Part shown: positions 1-7,840 of the stretch, piece after piece
How positions within the stretch are numbered: position 1 is the first letter of the stretch
Layout of the letters: every line of letters begins with the position of its first letter
Assembly (NCBI GenBank): GCA_026991395.1
Contig: JALXBP010000117.1
Coordinates: 29,458 to 93,457, forward strand
Reading direction: 5' to 3'
DNA length: 64,000 bases
DNA from: Anaerolineae bacterium
GTDB taxonomy: Bacteria; Chloroflexota; Anaerolineae; B4-G1; SLSP01
Translations under genes and position numbers: made by a program
The notes under the pieces: model-generated
What the model saw: only the letters and a program-made list of their open reading frames with translations
Databases searched by the model: none
Told to the model about the DNA's origin: nothing

Positions 1-1717
1 GCCGCTGCGCCTCCTCCAGCGTGAAAAGCGCTGCGCCGTTGAGGAAAGAGGTACTGTCGCGGAAGATGCCGCAGACCTCGTAGTCGGAGCCGAAGAAGCG
101 GAAACGATCCCCCACCTTCAACCCCAGCGCCGAGGCAGCCCCTTCGCCAAGCATTACCTCGCCATCGGCGCTCAATCTTCGCCCTTCGACCAGGCGGAGC
201 GAACGTATCGTTGGGCCATCCGGCGGGTAGCCGAGCGCCAGGAAGAAGGGCAAATTCCTCTCCGGAAGCTGTGCATAGCCGGTCAGGAACCCTTCCGCCT
301 CCGCGACACCCGGCACGCCGTCGATAACCCCCACCACGGCCGCATCCAACTGGCTCAGATCGACCGAAGCGCCGCGCTGCATCACCATCAGTTCCGCGCC
401 GCGATCACGCCCCAGGCCGCCGAAGGCGTCGGCCACACCTTCCCCCATTGCCGTCAGCGCGAGAATGGCCGCCACGGCGATGCCTATTCCGACCACCGTC
501 AAGGCGGTGCGAAAGGGGCGGCGCAGCATCTGGCGCAGTGTCGGCAGCGGGACACGGCACGGCACGTGGACCGTCCCGCCCACGGCGCGGATCGCCTGGA
601 TGGGAAGGAGGGTGGCGGCACGCAGCGCAGGGATCAGTCCGCCCAAGAGGCCAAGCACTAAGGCCAACTCCAATCCCTCCACCAGCGGCGCGGGGGTGAA
701 ATGGGCGGGCATAAAGGGGCGCAGGGCCGGTGCGCGGCGCATCAGCAGCAAGGCCGCGATCCCCAGCCCTACTCCTGCCAACCCGCTCAGCCACCCCAGG
801 AAGAGCGACTCGCTCAAGACAAGCGCGACGACCTGCCGACGCCGCCATCCCAGCGCCCGCAGCACGCCGATCTCCCGCGTCCGCTCCAGCACGGACATCA
901 TCATCGTATTCATCATCCCCACACCGCCGATGAGGAGGGCGATGAGAGCGATGCCATCGGCGACCTCCTGCAGCATGTCGAGGCTCATCTGACGGCGGGT
1001 GAAGGTGCGGGAAGTCGCCGCCACCACACCGCTCAATCGCCGTTCGATGGTGCGGGCCAGCGCCTCGGCATCGTTCCCCGACGCCACCTTGAGGTAGAAG
1101 GCACTGACCTCGCCCGGCTTCCCCGTCTGTTGCTGCGCCTCCTCCAGCGTCGTGACGACGCCCATATCCTCGAAGGGACGTCCCGTTTCGTACAGCCCCA
1201 CCACTCGGTACGTCCGCCCTTGGAGGACGAGCACCCCGCCCACCTGGGCACCCAACGCCTCCGCTGCGCCCTTGCCCACGAGGAGGGGGACATCCGCCTC
1301 CCCCTCGGCCTCTGCAGGCAAGGCATCCCCCTCCACCACACGGAACCGGGCCAAGGGGAAGCTCCGAGGACGGTAACCGTAGAGGGTCAGGTAGGGCATA
1401 CGCTCGCTGCCGATGAAGGTGTACACCATCGGCGCGACGCTTTCCACGCCCTCCATCGATGCCAATGTCTCCTCCATCCCGGCATCGAGGGCGCTGAAGG
1501 CCAGGTCCACCGCGCCTTTTTGATAGACGATGAGATCGGCGTTGCTGCCCAGAGCGGCATAGCCTTCCACCAGGCCGGTAGCGAAGCCCTGGAGGACGAC
1601 GACGGCCAAGACACCGATGGCGATTCCGCCGATGGTCAGCCGCACCCGTGTGCGGCGGTGGCGCAGGTTCTGCCGGGCCAGGGAGAGGAGCGACAAAAGA
1701 GCTGCGATGGCGGACAT
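1..1717 (-). CDS. ABC transporter permease, FtsX/MacB-like with two FtsX modules (N-terminus in window, 3' end runs off window)
   Basis: Reverse-strand translation from ATG (rc of 1715-1717): MSAIAALLSLSLARQNLRHRRTRVRLTIGGIAIGV... with MacB-type periplasmic domain, FtsX TM cluster (GIALIALLIGGVGMMNTMMMSVLERTREIGVLRALG), then a second repeat of the same architecture. Not in ORF track because the stop lies outside the window. Starts 2 nt after the MarR stop. Confidence 0.8.
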   Translation of the reverse strand, partial: MSAIAALLSLLSLARQNLRHRRTRVRLTIGGIAIGVLAVVVLQGFATGLVEGYAALGSNADLIVYQKGAVDLAFSALDAGMEETLASMEGVESVAPMVYTFIGSERMPYLTLYGYRPRSFPLARFRVVEGDALPAEAEGEADVPLLVGKGAAEALGAQVGGVLVLQGRTYRVVGLYETGRPFEDMGVVTTLEEAQQQTGKPGEVSAFYLKVASGNDAEALARTIERRLSGVVAATSRTFTRRQMSLDMLQEVADGIALIALLIGGVGMMNTMMMSVLERTREIGVLRALGWRRRQVVALVLSESLFLGWLSGLAGVGLGIAALLLMRRAPALRPFMPAHFTPAPLVEGLELALVLGLLGGLIPALRAATLLPIQAIRAVGGTVHVPCRVPLPTLRQMLRRPFRTALTVVGIGIAVAAILALTAMGEGVADAFGGLGRDRGAELMVMQRGASVDLSQLDAAVVGVIDGVPGVAEAEGFLTGYAQLPERNLPFFLALGYPPDGPTIRSLRLVEGRRLSADGEVMLGEGAASALGLKVGDRFRFFGSDYEVCGIFRDSTSFLNGAALFTLEEAQR

Positions 1718-1719
1718 CG

Positions 1720-2226
1720 CTACGATTCGGCTTTGAGGTAGTAGGCGTCCAAATCGACGTTGGAGATTAGCTGGTCGAGGCGCTTGCAGAGGCGAATGAC
1801 CTCCGCCCGTTCCTCCTCTGTGAGCGGGCCGAGCCAATCCACGAGATGGCGCTCGGTGCGGCGCAAGAGCGTCTCGTAGGCCGTGATTCCCGTCTCTGTT
1901 AGCGTGAGGACGACGCGCCGCCGATCCGTCTCGCTGCGATGACGGCAGACCAGCCCCCGCGACTCCAGCCCCTGGATCAGGCGGGACATCGTGGGCAGGG
2001 AGACGCCCAAGGATTCGGCAAGGCCGGAAAGGCAGCGTTCCCCCTCACGGTAGAGCGAGGCCATCACGCGAAACTGCGGTTCCGTGAAGAGACCGGCGCT
2101 GTGGATGCGCAGGTCGCGCCGCATCGTCCGCGAAAGGCGCGGGATCACTTCGATGACCGTATGGGCGCATTCGAGCAACGACGCCCCTGCTTTGCCTTCC
2201 TTCTGATGATCCAGCTCACGAGCCAT
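1720..2226 (-). CDS. MarR-family transcriptional regulator
   Basis: 168 aa; winged-helix MarR signature (LTEPQFRVMASLYREGERCLSGLAESLGVSLPTMSRLIQGLESRGLV...DRRRVVLTLTETG). Overlaps tmk stop by 11 nt and abuts the permease start. Confidence 0.85.
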   Translation of the reverse strand: MARELDHQKEGKAGASLLECAHTVIEVIPRLSRTMRRDLRIHSAGLFTEPQFRVMASLYREGERCLSGLAESLGVSLPTMSRLIQGLESRGLVCRHRSETDRRRVVLTLTETGITAYETLLRRTERHLVDWLGPLTEEERAEVIRLCKRLDQLISNVDLDAYYLKAES

Positions 2227-2881
2227 AGTCCCCTCCCTTGCCTGCCTGCTCCAATGCCTCGGCGACGACGGCGCGGATGGCCTGCTGCACCGCTTCGATC
2301 GTCCCCTCCGCCGCGATGACGCGCCAGCGCCGACGGTCGGCCCCGGCCATCTCCAGATAGCCCGCCCGCACCCGCCGATGGAAATCGATATGCTCGCGGT
2401 CCATCCGGTTCATCTCCTCGTGGTGACTGAGCTTGCGTGCCAACCCCGCCTCCGGGGCCAGGTCGAGGTAGAGCGTCAGGTCGGGGCGCAGGCCGCCGGT
2501 GGCAAAATCGGTGATCGTGCGCAGCCAATCGAGCGGCAGGCCGCGTCCGTAGCCCTGGTAGGCATAGGTACTGTCGGTGTAGCGATCGCAGAGGACGATC
2601 GCGCCCTCGGCCAGTGCCGGACGGATCACCTCCTCCACAAGCTGCGCACGGGAGGCGGAGTAGAGCAGAATCTCGGTACGCGGGTCCATCTCGGTCAGGC
2701 GCACATCGTGCAGCAGCGTGCGGATGGCTTCGCCGATGCGTGTCCCTCCCGGCTCGCGGGTCGTGACGACATCGTAACCCTGTTCGCGCAGCCAGGCGGC
2801 CAGGAGCGCCAGTTGCGTGCTCTTGCCGCTCCCTTCCGGCCCCTCGAAGGTGATGAAGAGACCGCGCCCTTCCTCCGTCAT
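2216..2881 (-). CDS. tmk: thymidylate kinase
   Basis: 221 aa; P-loop FITFEGPEGSGKSTQ, DRY motif (LCDRYTDSTYAYQG), LID region. ATGA overlap with upstream ATPase gene. Confidence 0.9.
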   Translation of the reverse strand: MTEEGRGLFITFEGPEGSGKSTQLALLAAWLREQGYDVVTTREPGGTRIGEAIRTLLHDVRLTEMDPRTEILLYSASRAQLVEEVIRPALAEGAIVLCDRYTDSTYAYQGYGRGLPLDWLRTITDFATGGLRPDLTLYLDLAPEAGLARKLSHHEEMNRMDREHIDFHRRVRAGYLEMAGADRRRWRVIAAEGTIEAVQQAIRAVVAEALEQAGKGGDYGS

Positions 2882-4422
2882 CGTGACTCACTCCGATAGA
2901 TGCGCACGTGGCGGTACGGCTCCTTGCCGAAGGAGCGCGAGAGGAGATCGGCTTCGCGGGCCATTTCGTGCTGGTAACGGCGGATGTAGGCGTTCTGCGG
3001 CGAAAGATCGATCGCCCCCGCGCCCTGGAGAACGCGGCGAATGGCCTCCTCCGTCTCGCGCATCGCCCGCTCGAAGGCCGCGTCCGCGTCATCCTCGCCC
3101 ACGCCGAAGAGATCGGTGAGGAAGGCCTCCATCTGCGCCATCGTGTTCGAGCGCAGGACGTAGACGGGGATGCGCCGCCGTTCCGCCTCGCCGATGACCT
3201 TGGGCCGGCGGCGGTAGGCCGATTTCGTCGTCAGTACCACCTGCGCCTCGCGCAAGGAATCGACGATACGAACGGGGACGTTCAGCGCACGGGCGGCGTT
3301 GAGCAGGCGGTTACGGGCCACGGCGAAGGGGTAGATGGCCGTCTCCTCCATCCGGCGGTGGCGCGACGGGCGGTTCTTCTGCAAGGGGAGCCGTGCCTCG
3401 TCGGCCTCCTCATCGTCGGGAGCACGCTCCTCCCTGTGCAGTTCGCCCGTTTCGTCGCGATAGCGGAACTGCACGCGAGGCCGCCCCCCGCGCAACAGCG
3501 TATCGACCGAATCGGCGACATCGGGATGAATGAGAAGCCGTTGCCGCTCCTGAATCTCGACGAGGATATCGAAAGTAGGCGGGGCACGCCGCTCGAGGAC
3601 CGTCTTCTGCGTTCCGCGCCGTCGCGCCTCCTCATCGGAAAGCGTAACGCTTTCGATGCCCCCCACCAGATCGGAAAGCGTCGGGTTGAGGAGCAAATTG
3701 CCCAACGTGTTGCCGTGCGCCGTCGCAATGAGCTGCACCCCGCGTTCGGCGATCGTCCGCGCGGCCTCTGCTTCCAACTCGCGCCCGATCTCGTCGATGA
3801 CGATCACCTCCGGATTGTGATTCTCCACCGCCTCGATCATCACCTCGTGCTGGAGGCTGGGCGTGGCGACCTGCATCCGCCGCGCCCGCCCCACCGCCGG
3901 GTGAGGGATGTCGCCGTCGCCGCCGATCTCGTTCGATGTATCGACGATGATCACGCGCTTGGTCTCCGCCAGGACACGCGCCGCCTCGCGCAGCATCGTC
4001 GTCTTGCCCACGCCGGGACGTCCCAGCAGCAGGACGCTCTTGCCGGAGGCGATCAAGTCCTCGATGATCTCGATCGTCCCGTAGACGGCCCGCCCCACGC
4101 GGCAGGTCAGGCCGACCACATCGCCGCGCCGATTGCGGATGGCGGAGATGCGGTGCAGCGTGCGGGCGATGCCGGCCCGATTGTCGGCGTCGAACTCCCC
4201 CACTCGCTCGACGACATAGTCGATCTCCTCGCGCGTAACCTCCCGCTCACGCAGCACAACCTCACTGTCGGTATACCGTGCCGTCGGCACACGCCCCAGG
4301 TCCAGAATGACTTCCAGCAGATCGCCGGGACGCCCGATAGCATGCAACTTCTCCCGTATGTCAGGCGGCAACACCTGGAGCAAGGCATCGAGATCATCGA
4401 TAACGATTTGCGTTCCGTTCAC
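2878..4422 (-). CDS. AAA+ ATPase of SpoIIIAA/Ycf45 type with C-terminal R3H-like nucleic-acid-binding region
   Basis: 514 aa, GTG start preceded by AAGGAGGT (rc of 4423-4440). Walker A LLLGRPGVGKTTML, Walker B VIIVDE, C-terminal basic/R3H-like segment. First gene of a 4-gene minus-strand operon (ATPase-tmk-marR-ftsX). Confidence 0.75.
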   Translation of the reverse strand: MNGTQIVIDDLDALLQVLPPDIREKLHAIGRPGDLLEVILDLGRVPTARYTDSEVVLREREVTREEIDYVVERVGEFDADNRAGIARTLHRISAIRNRRGDVVGLTCRVGRAVYGTIEIIEDLIASGKSVLLLGRPGVGKTTMLREAARVLAETKRVIIVDTSNEIGGDGDIPHPAVGRARRMQVATPSLQHEVMIEAVENHNPEVIVIDEIGRELEAEAARTIAERGVQLIATAHGNTLGNLLLNPTLSDLVGGIESVTLSDEEARRRGTQKTVLERRAPPTFDILVEIQERQRLLIHPDVADSVDTLLRGGRPRVQFRYRDETGELHREERAPDDEEADEARLPLQKNRPSRHRRMEETAIYPFAVARNRLLNAARALNVPVRIVDSLREAQVVLTTKSAYRRRPKVIGEAERRRIPVYVLRSNTMAQMEAFLTDLFGVGEDDADAAFERAMRETEEAIRRVLQGAGAIDLSPQNAYIRRYQHEMAREADLLSRSFGKEPYRHVRIYRSESR

Positions 4423-4459
4423 GCCTTACACGACCTCCTTGACCATCGTTTCTGCAATC

Positions 4460-4468
4460 ATTCTACCA
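4460..4468 (-). promoter_or_regulatory. candidate extended -10 promoter element (TGgTAGAAT) for the ATPase-tmk-marR-ftsX operon
   Basis: rc of attctacca gives TGG TAGAAT about 40 nt upstream of the GTG start at 4422, in the divergent intergenic region shared with the ECF sigma gene. Confidence 0.3.
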
Positions 4469-4610
4469 CAGAGGGGATGGGAAGGGAAGATCGCCCATCG
4501 CGGCAAGTCGGACCGAGATGAGGAGGGCTTGTCCCCTGAGGGGAGCGATTTACCATTGGAGGGCGTATCATTTTCGGCCCGGCACCGTTAGAGCCTATGA
4601 GGGAGCAGCA

Positions 4611-5162
4611 ATGCATGCAATAGACGAACGCGACCTCATCCGCCGCGCACAAGAGGGAGAGCGGGAGGCCTTCGCCGAACTCTACGACCGCCACTACCTC
4701 GCCATCTACAACTACTTCTACTACCGGCTGGGCGACCGGGAGACGGCGGAGGACCTCACCGCCGATCTCTTCGTGCGCATGGTGGAAAAGATCGATCGAT
4801 ACCGCGATCGAGGGCGGCCTTTTCTGGCGTGGCTCTACACGATAGCCCGCAACCTGCTGACCGACCATTACCGGCGTCGGCGCGGCGAGGCGGTTCCGCT
4901 GGACGACCTGCCGCTTTCCGACGGCAAGAACCCGCCGACGGAAGTCGAGCACCGCCTGGCCGTGGATTGCCTGCATCGCGCTCTGCGCCACCTGACGGCC
5001 GATCAGCAACAGGTCATCATCAATCGCTTCCTGGAGAAACGATCGATCAACAAGGTCGCCGAGCTTTTGGGCAAGACGGAAGGCGCCGTCAAGGCCATGC
5101 AACATCGGGCCTTGGCCGCGTTGCGACGTGCGATCGAGAAGGAAGGATGCTATGAGCCGTAA
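4611..5162 (+). CDS. ECF (sigma-70 family, group 4) RNA polymerase sigma factor
   Basis: ATG 4611 preceded by GGGAGCAGCA (GGAG) RBS. Region 2 (FAELYDRHYLAIYNYFYYRLGDRETAEDLTADLFVRMVEKIDRY) and region 4 HTH (KRSINKVAELLGKTEGAVKAMQHRALAALRRA). The listed ORF start 4518 is upstream shadow. Confidence 0.85.
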   Translation: MHAIDERDLIRRAQEGEREAFAELYDRHYLAIYNYFYYRLGDRETAEDLTADLFVRMVEKIDRYRDRGRPFLAWLYTIARNLLTDHYRRRRGEAVPLDDLPLSDGKNPPTEVEHRLAVDCLHRALRHLTADQQQVIINRFLEKRSINKVAELLGKTEGAVKAMQHRALAALRRAIEKEGCYEP

Positions 5163-6237
5163 AATAGATGCGCTGCTGGCCGAATGCCTGGCCGCTATGG
5201 AGGCCGGGGCCTCGCCGGAAAGCTGTTTGACACGCCACCCGGAGGCCGCGGAGGCACTGCGCCCCTTGCTGGAGACGTGGCTGGCCCTCCAAACGGTGCC
5301 GCAAGCTCCGCCACCCCATCCCGCCGCCGTTGCACACGGCAAGGCGCGTATGCTGGATGCCGTGGAGCGGCGGGCTGTCCGCAAACGCCGCGTCTTCCCG
5401 GGCACGCTTCTCGGAACGCTGCGCATGCCGCAATGGGCTACAGCCGTAGCGATGATCGTGGTACTGCTCCTCGGCATCGCAGGGACGACGAGGGCCTCGG
5501 CCTCGGCGCTTCCCGGCGACCCGCTCTATCCCGTCAAGACGGCAACGGAACAGGTGCGCTTGCTGCTCACCTTCTCCCCCGAAGCCCGGGCCGCCCTGGA
5601 AGCCGAATTGCAGGCCGAGCGCCTGGAAGAGGTCGCCGCCGTCCTCGCCGAAGGCCGAACGGTCGGCGTCCACTTCCGGGGGACGCTGACAAGCCACGAT
5701 GCGGAAACGTGGACGGTCGCCGGTTACACCATCCGGCTCACGACAACGACGACCGTCGAGGGAGCCCCCATCGACGGGGCAACGGTCGAAGTCTGGGCCA
5801 GGACACAGAGCGACGGCTCACTGGTCGCCGAGCGGCTCACCGTGCTGCCCACCCCCTCTCGTCTCGGCGGTACGGGACTATCGCCGGTCGAAACGCCGCC
5901 CCGGCCAACGCGGGCACCCCGACGCCATGCCGAGCAGGCGACGCGAACGCCCACCCCCTCCCCGACAATGACACCGACGCCCACGCCTGCGCCCACGTCA
6001 ACGGCGACGCCCACACCGACGGCCTCCTCATCCGGCGGACACGAAAGCGGCGGCTCCGATGGACATCACGGCGGCGAGACAGCGCCGCCTCCGACCTGCG
6101 AACAGGGACATACGCCGACTCCGCCTCCGGGATGGACGCCGACGCCCCATCCCACCCACGAGCCGACACGGACACCGACGATGATGCCGACGCCGACGCA
6201 CGACCATTCCGGCGGGGGCCATGGTCATCGGCCCTGA
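5152..6237 (+). CDS. anti-sigma factor: cytoplasmic Cys/His N-domain, one TM helix, extracytoplasmic domain with Pro/Thr/His-rich tail
   Basis: ATG 5152 overlaps sigma stop (5160-5162) after GAAGGAAGGA RBS. N-term MSRKIDALLAECLAAMEAGASPESCLTRHPEAAEAL (Cys/His zinc-finger-like), TM helix ATAVAMIVVLLLGIAG, DUF5667-like ectodomain, C-terminal TPTPSPTMTPTPTPAPTS...GHESGGSDGHHGG...HDHSGGGHGHRP tail. Classic sigma/anti-sigma gene pair. Confidence 0.7.
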   Translation: MSRKIDALLAECLAAMEAGASPESCLTRHPEAAEALRPLLETWLALQTVPQAPPPHPAAVAHGKARMLDAVERRAVRKRRVFPGTLLGTLRMPQWATAVAMIVVLLLGIAGTTRASASALPGDPLYPVKTATEQVRLLLTFSPEARAALEAELQAERLEEVAAVLAEGRTVGVHFRGTLTSHDAETWTVAGYTIRLTTTTTVEGAPIDGATVEVWARTQSDGSLVAERLTVLPTPSRLGGTGLSPVETPPRPTRAPRRHAEQATRTPTPSPTMTPTPTPAPTSTATPTPTASSSGGHESGGSDGHHGGETAPPPTCEQGHTPTPPPGWTPTPHPTHEPTRTPTMMPTPTHDHSGGGHGHRP

Positions 6238-6339
6238 ACTTCTCCCGCGAGCAGGCCGACGGGGTACGACAAGCTGCTCCCTCCCCCCCCCGTCGGCCTC
6301 TCTCCTCGTCCGAAAAGCACAATCAGTACCAAATTCCTA

Positions 6340-6367
6340 TTGTTTTCATAAGGGAATTGTGTACAAT
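6340..6367 (+). promoter_or_regulatory. sigma70-like promoter (TTGTTT-16-TACAAT) for the Flp pilin gene
   Basis: AT-rich island (6300-6414) in a 70% GC background; -35 TTGTTT 6340-6345, -10 TACAAT 6362-6367, 16-nt spacer; SD TAGGAGGTGA at 6401-6410 then ATG 6415. Confidence 0.45.
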
Positions 6368-6414
6368 GAGGACAGGTTTAGGCTAAGACATCAAATTCGT
6401 TAGGAGGTGAAACT

Positions 6415-6567
6415 ATGTTGTACTTGCCGCGTGAGGAAGGTCAGGGCTTGGTCGAGTATGCGTTGATTCTGGTGCTCATCGCCATCATCGTCATCGTCAT
6501 CCTGCGTGTGTTGGGCCAGAAGGTCAGCACCACGTTCTCCCAGATCAGCAGCGGCCTGGGCGGCTAA
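6415..6567 (+). CDS. flp: Flp-family type IVb pilin (Tad pilus major subunit)
   Basis: 50 aa, not in ORF track (<60 aa). MLYLPREEGQGLVEYALILVLIAIIVIVILRVLGQKVSTTFSQISSGLGG: canonical Flp prepilin leader with G/xxxEY cleavage motif (EEGQG-LVEYALIL) and hydrophobic helix. Strong SD AGGAGGTGA, 4-nt spacer. Confidence 0.8.
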   Translation: MLYLPREEGQGLVEYALILVLIAIIVIVILRVLGQKVSTTFSQISSGLGG

Positions 6568-6597
6568 GCCGGTCCTGGTGCTTCCGGTCAACAGCAA

Positions 6598-6625
6598 GAC
6601 CCCGCTTGTGCGGGGTCTTTGCTTT
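6598..6625 (+). terminator. rho-independent terminator after flp
   Basis: GACCCCGC-TTGT-GCGGGGTC perfect 8-bp stem followed by TTTGCTTTCC. Confidence 0.6.
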
Positions 6626-6642
6626 CCACGGAGACGGCAGCC

Positions 6643-7815
6643 ATGCGACGACAACGGGGCACAGGCGAGGCCATAGCGATATGGCTCGGCTTCCGATTGG
6701 CAAGCTGGGCGGCGGCCTACCTCGGCTGGCGGCAGACCGGCCACGCCCTCAGCGCCGAAAGGTGGGGGGCGCGCCTGTGGGAGATGCTCGTTACGCCGTG
6801 GATACGATGGGACGGCCTGCTCTACCTGCGCATCGTCCGCGACGGCTATCGCCCCGACAACGGCACGACGCAATTCCACCCCCTCTATCCGATGGCCGCG
6901 CGGGCGCTCTGCCGCCTCGGCGTCGCGCCGGAGGTCGCCCTGCTCCTCGTCAGCGGGGGGGCCGCGTTAGGACTGGCGCTCGTCGTGCATCACCTCGTCG
7001 CCCGCACGAGCGACGAACCGACGGCGACCGCCTCCCTGCTCACCCTCTTCCTCTGGCCGCTGGGATGGGTGCTCTACGCACCCTACAGCGAAAGCCTCTT
7101 CCTGCTGATGGCGGCGCTGACCTTCCTCTGGAGCGCAGAGAGGCGCTGGTGGGCGGCATCGCTGGCCGCCTCCGCCGCCGTGCTCACGCGCCAGCAGGGC
7201 ATCTTCCTCCTCATCGTCCTCGGCATCGCCTACCTGCGGGCGGAAGGCGGCGGGCTGCGGGCATGGCTCAACCGCCGTGCGCTCGCCCTCACCTTGCCCC
7301 TGCTGACGATGGCCGCCTGGATCACTTACCGAACCTACCGGCTCGATCACGCGGCTTTCGATTTCAGTTCGCCGCACGCCTTCATCTACTCCGTGCTCAT
7401 CTCGCCCAACGCCGTCAAAGTCGTGCCGACCCAGCGCTTCCTTGCGCCTTGGCATGCTCTCCGGTTGGCGGTAGAATACCTCGTGAGCCATTGGCCTGCT
7501 ACCGACCTCGCCTCCGACCTGACGATGGCGGCTTTGACGTTGCTGCTGATGGCGGCCACCTGGCGATGGATGAACACGGCATACCGGCTTTACAGTGTCA
7601 CGATAGCTGTCGTCGCCTTCAGCTACTTCACCGGCGACGCGGCGGGCCTCCTCGCACCCTACATGGGCTTGCCGCGCCATCTGATGCTCGCCCTGCCGCT
7701 CTTCCTGATGGCCGGGCGGCTTTCCGCCGGTGAGCGTCGGCTGCTGTGGGCCGTCTCGACGATAGCTTACGGCTGGTTCGTCCTGCTGTTCGAAGCCCAT
7801 GCCTGGGTGCCATGA
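6643..7815 (+). CDS. polytopic membrane glycosyltransferase, GT-C fold (PIG-V/mannosyltransferase-like, WDGxxYLxIxxxGY motif)
   Basis: ATG 6643 after GGAGACGG; upstream TTG 6619 lies inside the terminator hairpin and was rejected. More than 9 predicted TM helices. Lumenal-loop motif RWDGLLYLRIVRDGY typical of PIG-V/GT-C mannosyltransferases. Family assignment is from memory and not verified. Confidence 0.6.
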   Translation: MRRQRGTGEAIAIWLGFRLASWAAAYLGWRQTGHALSAERWGARLWEMLVTPWIRWDGLLYLRIVRDGYRPDNGTTQFHPLYPMAARALCRLGVAPEVALLLVSGGAALGLALVVHHLVARTSDEPTATASLLTLFLWPLGWVLYAPYSESLFLLMAALTFLWSAERRWWAASLAASAAVLTRQQGIFLLIVLGIAYLRAEGGGLRAWLNRRALALTLPLLTMAAWITYRTYRLDHAAFDFSSPHAFIYSVLISPNAVKVVPTQRFLAPWHALRLAVEYLVSHWPATDLASDLTMAALTLLLMAATWRWMNTAYRLYSVTIAVVAFSYFTGDAAGLLAPYMGLPRHLMLALPLFLMAGRLSAGERRLLWAVSTIAYGWFVLLFEAHAWVP

Positions 7816-7840
7816 CCCTCCGCGAAGGGAAGGTAACGAG

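Noticed and set aside
701-1741. 346-aa plus-strand ORF rich in H/R/G/P/A, and similar long ORFs elsewhere (2908..4521 +, 9206..11089 -, 11236..12789 -, 12692..14182 -, 12895..14268 +, 14443..15819 +, 15522..17228 +, 31924..35148 -, 35799..37502 -, 39314..41755 -, 42723..44213 -, 44229..46238 -, 46783..48000 -, 48713..49858 -, 51778..55341 -)
   Set aside because: Each lies antisense or out of frame to a gene with clear family motifs. Composition is low-complexity Arg/Gly/Pro/Ala/His typical of stop-free shadow frames in about 70% GC DNA. None has an SD.
5900-6230. Short tandem DNA repeats (acgcccac/ccgacg units), and similar repeats at 24400-24470 and 63360-63440, considered as possible CRISPR or minisatellite
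   Set aside because: They are in-frame codon repeats for Pro/Thr/Glu linker peptides (TPTPTP, TEAPTEEP, PTEEPT) inside genes. No spacer-repeat architecture; no cas genes.
6619-6642. TTG start for the GT-C membrane protein at 6619
   Set aside because: Falls inside the flp terminator hairpin. ATG 6643 has an SD-like GGAGACGG.
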